Positions 55,601-64,000 of a DNA stretch of 64,000 nucleotides are shown one piece after another (position 1 is the first letter of the stretch; every line of letters starts with the position of its first letter). The notes beneath the pieces are model-generated. The model did not search any database. It saw only the letters and a list, made by a program, of their open reading frames with translations, and was not told the origin of the DNA. Origin of the DNA: Gordius albopunctatus (Eukaryota); assembly GCA_964276515.1 (NCBI GenBank), contig OZ193909.1, positions 9,114,001 through 9,178,000 on the forward strand, read 5' to 3'. The position numbers were made by a program, and so were the translations under genes.

Positions 55601-58600
55601 TCAGACGTGATTTTCATGATAAGAAGTAAAAATTTATCACAATTAGATAACTATTACTTTGAAATCATCATCGCATATAGCATGTTTCAAAAATTCAGCA
55701 CTCTCATCGCGATGAAACAAACTAATCGCAACAATATAACGTTGTCTTTCCTCAAAATGATAGTTCTCGCAGCTTAAAACTTCTTATAAGGAGTCGATCG
55801 AGATTAATCAGAATCTCAAATTAGCTTACTTTTATATATTTTTTCAAGCTCTTTTACATAAAATAACAAAAAATATATTTTTTTATATCAAAATATTTAA
55901 AATTATTTCCATTAAATCATATTCATCCGATGAAAGTTGTTATTTTCAGACGTGATTTTCATGATAAGAAGTAAAAATTTATCACAATTAGATAACTACT
56001 ACTTTGAAATAATCATCGCATATAGTATGTTTCAAAAATTCAGCACTCTAGTCGCGATGAAACAAACTAATCGCAACAATATAACATTGTCTTTATTCAA
56101 AATGATAGTTCTCGCAGCTTAAAACTTCTTAGAAGGAGTCGATCGAGATTAATCAGAATCTCAAATTAGCTTACTTTTATATATTTTTTCAAGCTCTTTT
56201 ACATAAAATAACAAAAAATATATTTTTTAGCTCAAAATATTTATAATTATTTCCATTAACACATATTCATCCGATGAAAGTTGTTATTTTCAGACGTGAT
56301 TTCCATGATAAGAAGTAAAAATTTATCACAATTAGATAACTATTACTTTGAAATCATCATCGCATATAGCATGTTTCAAAAATTCAGCACTCTCGTCGCG
56401 ATGAAAGAAACTAATCGCTACAATATAACGTTGTCTTTCCTCAAAATGATAGTTTTTGCAGCTTAAAACTTATTATAAGGAGTCGATCGAGATTAATCAG
56501 AATCTCAAATTAGCTTACTTTTATATATTTTTTCAAGCTCTTTTACATAAAATAACAAAAAATATATTTTTTAGCTCAAAATATTTAAAATTTTTTCCAT
56601 TAACACATATTCGTCAGATGAAAGTTGTTATTTTCAGACGTGTATTCCATGATAAGAAGTAAAAATTTATCACAATTAGATAACTACTACTTTGAAATAA
56701 TCATCGCATATAGTATGTTTCAAAAATTCAGCACTCTAGTCGCGATGAAACAAACTAATCGCAACAATATAACATTGTCTTTATTCAAAATGATAGTTCT
56801 CGCAGCTTAAAACTTCTTAGAAGGAGTCGATCGAGATTAATCAGAATCTCAAATTAGCTTACTTTTATATATTTTTTCAAGCTCTTTTACATAAAATAAC
56901 AAAAAATATATTTTTTAGCTCAAAATATTTATAATTATTTCCATTAACACATATTCATCCGATGAAAGTTGTTATTTTCAGACGTGATTTCCATGATAAG
57001 AAGTAAAAATTTATCACAATTAGATAACTATTACTTTGAAATCATCATCGCATATAGCATGTTTCAAAAATTCAGCACTCTCGTCGCGATGAAACAAACT
57101 AATCGCAACAATATAACATTGTCTTTATTCAAAATGATAGTTCTCGCAGCTTAAAACTTCTTATAAGGAGTCGATCGAGATTAATAGGAATCTAAAATTA
57201 GCTTACTTTTATATATTTTTTCAAGCTCTTTTACATAAAATAACAAAAAATATATTTTTTTGCTCAAAATATTTCAAATTTTTTCCATTAAACCATATTC
57301 ATCCGATGAAAGTTGTTATTTTCAGACGTGATTTTCATAAGAAGTAAAAATTTATCACAATTAGATAATACTTTGAAATCATCATCGCATATAGCATGTT
57401 TCAAAAATTCAGCACTCTCGTCGCTATGAAACAAACTAATCGCAACAATATAACATTGTCTTTATTCAAAATGATAGTTCTCGCAGCTTAAAACTTCTTA
57501 TAAGGAGTCGATCGAGATTAAGAGGAATCTAAAATTAGCTTACTTTTATATATTTTTTCAAGCTCTTTTACATAAAATAACAAAATATATATTTTTTAGC
57601 TCAAAATATTTAAAATTATTTCCATTAAAACATATTCATCCGATGAAAGTTGTTTTTTTCAGACGTGATTTCCATGATAAGAAGTAAAAATTTATCACAA
57701 TTAGATAACTATTACTTTGAAATCATCATCGCATATAGCATGTTTCAAAAATTCAGCACTCTCGTCGCTATGAAACAAACTAATCGCAACAATATAACAT
57801 TGTCTTTATTCAAAATGATAGTTCTCGCAGCTTAAAACTTCTTATAAGGAGTCGATCGAGATTAAGAGGAATCTAAAATTAGCTTACTTTTATATATTTT
57901 TTCAAGCTCTTTTACATAAAATAACAAAATATATATTTTTTAGCTCAAAATATTTAAAATTTTTTCCATTAACACATATTCGTCAGATGAAAGTTGTTAT
58001 TTTCAGACGTGTATTCCATGATAAGAAGTAAAAATTTATCACAATTAGATAACTACTACTTTGAAATAATCATCGCATATAGTATGTTTCAAAAATTCAG
58101 CACTCTCGTCGCGATGAAAGAAACTAATCGCAACAATATAACGTTGTCTTTCCTCAAAATGATAGTTTTTGCAGCTTAAAACTTATTATAAGGAGTCGAT
58201 CGAGATTAATCAGAATCTCAAATTAGCTTACTTTTATATATTTTTTCAAGCTCTTTTACATAAAATAACAAAAAATATATTTTTTAGCTCAAAATATTTA
58301 AAATTTTTTCCATTAACACATATTCGTCAGATGAAAGTTGTTATTTTCAGACGTGTATTCCATGATAAGAAGTAAAAATTTATCACAATTAGATAACTAC
58401 TACTTTGAAATAATCATCGCATATAGTATGTTTCAAAAATTCAGCACTCTAGTCGCGATGAAACAAACTAATCGCAACAATATAACATTGTCTTTATTCA
58501 AAATGATAGTTCTCGCAGCTTAAAACTTCTTAGAAGGAGTCGATCGAGATTAATCAGAATCTCAAATTAGCTTACTTTTATATATTTTTTCAAGCTCTTT

Positions 58601-61600
58601 TACATAAAATAACAAAAAATATATTTTTTAGCTCAAAATATTTATAATTATTTCCATTAACACATATTCATCCGATGAAAGTTGTTATTTTCAGACGTGA
58701 TTTCCATGATAAGAAGTAAAAATTTATCACAATTAGATAACTATTACTTTGAAATCATCATCGCATATAGCATGTTTCAAAAATTCAGCACTCTCGTCGC
58801 GATGAAACAAACTAATCGCAACAATATAACATTGTCTTTATTCAAAATGATAGTTCTCGCAGCTTAAAACTTCTTATAAGGAGTCGATCGAGATTAATAG
58901 GAATCTAAAATTAGCTTACTTTTATATATTTTTTCAAGCTCTTTTACATAAAATAACAAAAAATATATTTTTTTGCTCAAAATATTTCAAATTTTTTCCA
59001 TTAAACCATATTCATCCGATGAAAGTTGTTATTTTCAGACGTGATTTTCATAAGAAGTAAAAATTTATCACAATTAGATAATACTTTGAAATCATCATCG
59101 CATATAGCATGTTTCAAAAATTCAGCACTCTCGTCGCGATGAAACAAACTAATCGCAACAATATAACATTGTCTTTATTCAAAATGATAGTTCTCGCAGC
59201 TTAAAACTTCTTATAAGGAGTCGATCGAGATTAATAGGAATCTAAAATTAGCTTACTTTTATATATTTTTTCAAGCTCTTTTACATAAAATAACAAAAAA
59301 TATATTTTTTTGCTCAAAATATTTCAAATTTTTTCCATTAAACCATATTCATCCGATGAAAGTTGTTATTTTCAGACGTGATTTTCATAAGAAGTAAAAA
59401 TTTATCACAATTAGATAATACTTTGAAATCATCATCGCATATAGCATGTTTCAAAAATTCAGCACTCTCGTCGCTATGAAACAAACTAATCGCAACAATA
59501 TAACATTGTCTTTATTCAAAATGATAGTTCTCGCAGCTTAAAACTTCTTATAAGGAGTCGATCGAGATTAAGAGGAATCTAAAATTAGCTTACTTTTATA
59601 TATTTTTTCAAGCTCTTTTACATAAAATAACAAAATATATATTTTTTAGCTCAAAATATTTAAAATTATTTCCATTAAAACATATTCATCCGATGAAAGT
59701 TGTTTTTTTCAGACGTGATTTCCATGATAAGAAGTAAAAATTTATCACAATTAGATAACTATTACTTTGAAATCATCATCGCATATAGCATGTTTCAAAA
59801 ATTCAGCACTCTCGTCGCTATGAAACAAACTAATCGCAACAATATAACATTGTCTTTATTCAAAATGATAGTTCTCGCAGCTTAAAACTTCTTAGAAGGA
59901 GTCGATCGAGATTAATCAGAATCTCAAATTAGCTTACTTTTATATATTTTTTCAAGCTCTTTTACATAAAATAACAAAAAATATATTTTTTAGCTCAAAA
60001 TATTTATAATTATTTCCATTAACACATATTCATCCGATGAAAGTTGTTATTTTCAGACGTGATTTCCATGATAAGAAGTAAAAATTTATCACAATTAGAT
60101 AATACTTTGAAATCATCATCGCATATAGCATGTTTCAAAAATTCAGCACTCTCGTCGCTATGAAACAAACTAATCGCAACAATATAACATTGTCTTTATT
60201 CAAAATGATAGTTCTCGCAGCTTAAAACTTCTTATAAGGAGTCGATCGAGATTAAGAGGAATCTAAAATTAGCTTACTTTTATATATTTTTTCAAGCTCT
60301 TTTACATAAAATAACAAAAAATATATTTTTTTGCTCAAAATATTTCAAATTTTTTCCATTAAACCATATTCATCCGATGAAAGTTGTTATTTTCAGACGT
60401 GATTTTCATAAGAAGTAAAAATTTATCACAATTAGATAATACTTTGAAATCATCATCGCATATAGCATGTTTCAAAAATTCAGCACTCTCGTCGCTATGA
60501 AACAAACTAATCGCAACAATATAACATTGTCTTTATTCAAAATGATAGTTCTCGCAGCTTAAAACTTCTTATAAGGAGTCGATCGAGATTAAGAGGAATC
60601 TAAAATTAGCTTACTTTTATATATTTTTTCAAGCTCTTTTACATAAAATAACAAAATATATATTTTTTAGCTCAAAATATTTAAAATTATTTCCATTAAA
60701 ACATATTCATCCGATGAAAGTTGTTTTTTTCAGACGTGATTTCCATGATAAGAAGTAAAAATTTATCACAATTAGATAACTATTACTTTGAAATCATCAT
60801 CGCATATAGCATGTTTCAAAAATTCAGCACTCTCGTCGCTATGAAACAAACTAATCGCAACAATATAACATTGTCTTTATTCAAAATGATAGTTCTCGCA
60901 GCTTAAAACTTCTTATAAGGAGTCGATCGAGATTAAGAGGAATCTAAAATTAGCTTACTTTTATATATTTTTTCAAGCTCTTTTACATAAAATAACAAAA
61001 AATATATTGTTTAGCTCAAAATATTTAAAAATTTTTTCCATTAACACATATTCATCAGATGAAAGTTGTTATTTTCAGACGTGTATTCCATGATAAGAAG
61101 TAAAAATTTATCACAATTAGATAACTACTACTTTGAAATAATCATCGCATATAGCATGTTTCAAAAATTCAGCACTCTCGTCGCGATGAAACAAACTAAT
61201 CGCAACAATATAACATTGTCTTTATTCAAAATGATAGTTCTCGCAGCTTAAAACTTCTTATATGGAGTCGATCGAGATTAATCAGAATCTCAAATTAGCT
61301 TACTTTTATATATTTTTTCAAGCTCTTTTACATAAAATAACAAAATATATATTTTTAAGCTCAAAATATTTAAAATTTTTTCCATTAAAACATATTCATC
61401 CGATGAAAGTTGTTATTTTCAGACGTGATTTCCATATAAGAAGTAAAAATTTATCACAATTAGATAACTATTACTTTGAAATCATCATCGCATATAGCAT
61501 GTTTCAAAAATTCAGCACTCTCGTCGCGATGAAACAAACTAATCGCAACAATATAACGTTGTCTTTCCTCAAAATGATAGTTCTCGCAGCTTAAAACTTC

Positions 61601-64000
61601 TTATAAGGAGTCGATCGAGATTAATAGGAATCTAAAATTAGCTTACTTTTATATATTTTTTCAAGCTCTTTTACATAAAATAACAAAAAATATATTTTTT
61701 TGCTCAAAATATTTCAAATTTTTTCCATTAAACCATATTCATCCGATGAAAGTTGTTATTTTCAGACGTGATTTTCATAAGAAGTAAAAATTTATCACAA
61801 TTAGATAATACTTTGAAATCATCATCGCATATAGCATGTTTCAAAAATTCAGCACTCTCGTCGCGATGAAACAAACTAATCGGTACAATATAACGTTGTC
61901 TTTCCTCAAAATGATAGTTCTCGCAGCTTAAAACTTCTTATAAGGAGTCGATCGAGATTAATAGGAATCTCAAATTAGCTTACTTTTATATATTTTTTCA
62001 AGCTCTTTTATATAAAATAACAAAAAATATATTTTTTTAGCTCAAAATATTTAAAATTATTTCCATTAACACATATTCATCCGATGAAAGTTGTTATTTT
62101 CAGACGTGATTTCCACGATAAGAAGTAAAAATTTATCACAATTAGATAACTACTACTTTGAAATAATCATCGCATATAGTATGTTTCAAAAATTCAGCAC
62201 TCTAGTCGCGATGAAACAAACTAATCGCAACAATATAACATTGTCTTTATTCAAAATGATAGTTCTCGCAGCTTAAAACTTCTTAGAAGGAGTCGATCGA
62301 GATTAATCAGAATCTCAAATTAGCTTACTTTTCTATATTTTTTCAAGCTCTTTTACATAAAATAACAAAAAATATATTTTTTAGCTCAAAATATTTATAA
62401 TTATTTCCATTAACACATATTCATCCGATGAAAGTTGTTATTTTCAGACGTGTATTCCATGATAAGAAGTAAAAATTTATCACAATTTGATAATACTTTG
62501 AAATCATCATCGCATATAGCATGTTTCAAAAATTCAGCACTCTCGTCGCGATGAAACAAACTAATCGCAACAATATAACATTGTCTTTATTCAAAATGAT
62601 AGTTCTCGCAGCTTAAAACTTCTTATAAGGAGTCGATCGAGATTAAGAGGAATCTAAAATTAGCTTACTTTTATATATTTTTTCAAGCTCTTTTACATAA
62701 AATAACAAAATATATATTTTTTAGCTCAAAATATTTAAAATTATTTCCATTAAAACATATTCATCCGATGAAAGTTGTTATTTTCAGACGTGATTTCCAT
62801 GATAAGAAGTAAAAATTTATCACAATTAGATAACTATTACTTTGAAATCATCATCGCATATAGCATGTTTCAAAAATTCAGATCTCTCGTCGCGATAAAA
62901 CAAACTAATCGCAACAATATAACATTGTCTTTCCTCAAAATGATAGTTCTCGCAGCTTAAAACTTCTTATAAGGAGTCGATCGAGATTAAGAGGAATCTA
63001 AAATTAGCTTACTTTTATATATTTTTTCAAGCTCTTTTACATAAAATAACAAAAAATATATTTTTTTGCTCAAAATATTTCAAATTTTTTCCATTAAACC
63101 ATATTCATCCGATGAAAGTTGTTATTTTCAGACGTGATTTTCATAAGAAGTAAAAATTTATCACAATTAGATAATACTTTGAAATCATCATCGCATATAG
63201 CATGTTTCAAAAATTCAGCACTCTCGTCGCTATGAAACAAACTAATCGCAACAATATAACATTGTCTTTATTCAAAATGATAGTTCTCGCAGCTTAAAAC
63301 TTCTTATAAGGAGTCGATCGAGATTAAGAGGAATCTAAAATTAGCTTACTTTTATATATTTTTTCAAGCTCTTTTACATAAAATAACAAAATATATATTT
63401 TTTAGCTCAAAATATTTAAAATTATTTCCATTAAAACATATTCATCCGATGAAAGTTGTTTTTTTCAGACGTGATTTCCATGATAAGAAGTAAAAATTTA
63501 TCACAATTAGATAACTATTACTTTGAAATCATCATCGCATATAGCATGTTTCAAAAATTCAGCACTCTCGTCGCTATGAAACAAACTAATCGCAACAATA
63601 TAACATTGTCTTTATTCAAAATGATAGTTCTCGCAGCTTAAAACTTCTTAGAAGGAGTCGATCGAGATTAATCAGAATCTCAAATTAGCTTACTTTTATA
63701 TATTTTTTCAAGCTCTTTTACATAAAATAACAAAAAATATATTTTTTAGCTCAAAATATTTATAATTATTTCCATTAACACATATTCATCCGATGAAAGT
63801 TGTTATTTTCAGACGTGATTTCCATGATAAGAAGTAAAAATTTATCACAATTAGATAATACTTTGAAATCATCATCGCATATAGCATGTTTCAAAAATTC
63901 AGCACTCTCGTCGCTATGAAACAAACTAATCGCAACAATATAACATTGTCTTTATTCAAAATGATAGTTCTCGCAGCTTAAAACTTCTTATAAGGAGTCG
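52650..64000. repeat. More heterogeneous satellite domain with short (~337 bp) double-deletion monomers and a distinct variant set
   Basis: Frequent TTTCATAAG (-3) and GATAATACTTTG (-4) deletions. Variants AAGAGGAATCTAAA, GTCGCTATG, TTCGTCAGATG and GTTTTTGCAG are seen only here; GTGTATTCC, CTTAGAAGG and TTTATAATT are much more frequent here. Confidence 0.85.

Larger units (their letters stand above)
1..64000. repeat. Tandem satellite DNA array, about 344-345 bp AT-rich monomer, about 186 head-to-tail copies, continuing past both window ends
   Basis: The same unit (..AAGGAGTCGATCGAGATTAATCAGAATCTCAAATTAGC..TTCATCCGATGAAAGTTG..GTCGCGATGAAACAAAC..GCAGCTTAAAAC..) recurs throughout. ORF-track starts step by 343-345 bp (129, 474, 818, 1162, 1505...). 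Hand count of one 344-bp monomer: 55 C and 37 G, about 27% GC. The common 344/345 difference is T6 versus T7 in the AAAAAATATAT(n) tract. Confidence 0.99.

Noticed and set aside
55087..61594. Longer or alternative ORFs (67-68 aa; 110 aa at 61262-61594)
   Set aside because: These are chance read-throughs created by single substitutions or indels in particular monomers, and they translate A/T tracts.
129..63641. About 138 near-identical 61-63 aa ORFs (MLFSDVISMIRSKNLSQLDNYY...) as a tandem gene array
   Set aside because: The start is a TTG with no upstream RBS, and there is no recognisable domain. About a quarter of monomers carry stops (TATTAA, CAATAA, TTTTAA) or frameshifts that are themselves amplified. 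Variants are not obviously biased to synonymous sites, and the ORF is no better conserved than the rest of the monomer.
1..64000. CRISPR array or repeat-spacer/cassette system (e.g. integron)
   Set aside because: There are no unique spacers or cassettes; the entire unit is repeated. No cas, integrase or reverse transcriptase gene is present.
1..64000. Tandem RNA gene cluster (5S rRNA, tRNA, snRNA, spliced leader)
   Set aside because: I recognise no such sequence or Pol III box, and the unit is about 73% AT. An Rfam/Infernal search would be the formal test.
1..64000. Rolling-circle/MDA concatemer or pure assembly artefact
   Set aside because: Variants are shared, linked and hierarchically nested (subtypes, multi-monomer duplications, a regional gradient), which is not expected from copying one small circle with random error. 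Individual duplications still need read support.
1..64000. Canonical CENP-B box / alpha satellite
   Set aside because: The monomer has no TTCG-n4-A-n2-CGGG motif and does not resemble the 171-bp alphoid sequence.
1..64000. Embedded transposon, unique island or strand inversion
   Set aside because: None was seen on reading through. Monomer phase is continuous, and every gap in the ORF track is a whole number of monomers.

Overview
The whole 64-kb window is one uninterrupted, head-to-tail tandem satellite DNA array. It holds about 186 monomers, mostly 344-345 bp (variants about 337-350 bp), and is about 73% AT by my hand count of one monomer. All monomers are in the same orientation, and I saw no unique sequence, transposon insertion or inversion. 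I found no credible gene: the repeated 61-aa 'ORF' is a by-product of the monomer and is broken in about a quarter of copies. The array looks like eukaryotic (peri)centromeric or heterochromatic satellite, but I cannot name the family. The information lies in the variants. (i) Monomer subtypes form irregular higher-order repeats, with recent 5-, 6-, 7- and 8-monomer duplications. (ii) There are chimeric monomers and conversion tracts. (iii) The subtype mix shifts from left to right, becoming more diverged and indel-rich after about 52 kb. (iv) The monomer is dense in dyad symmetries, and several variants preserve or perfect them. Examples are a compensatory double change GAGATT..AATCTC to GAGAAT..ATTCTC, and two independent transversions that each perfect the same CTTCT-T-ATAAG quasi-palindrome. 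I do not see a protein-coding system here.
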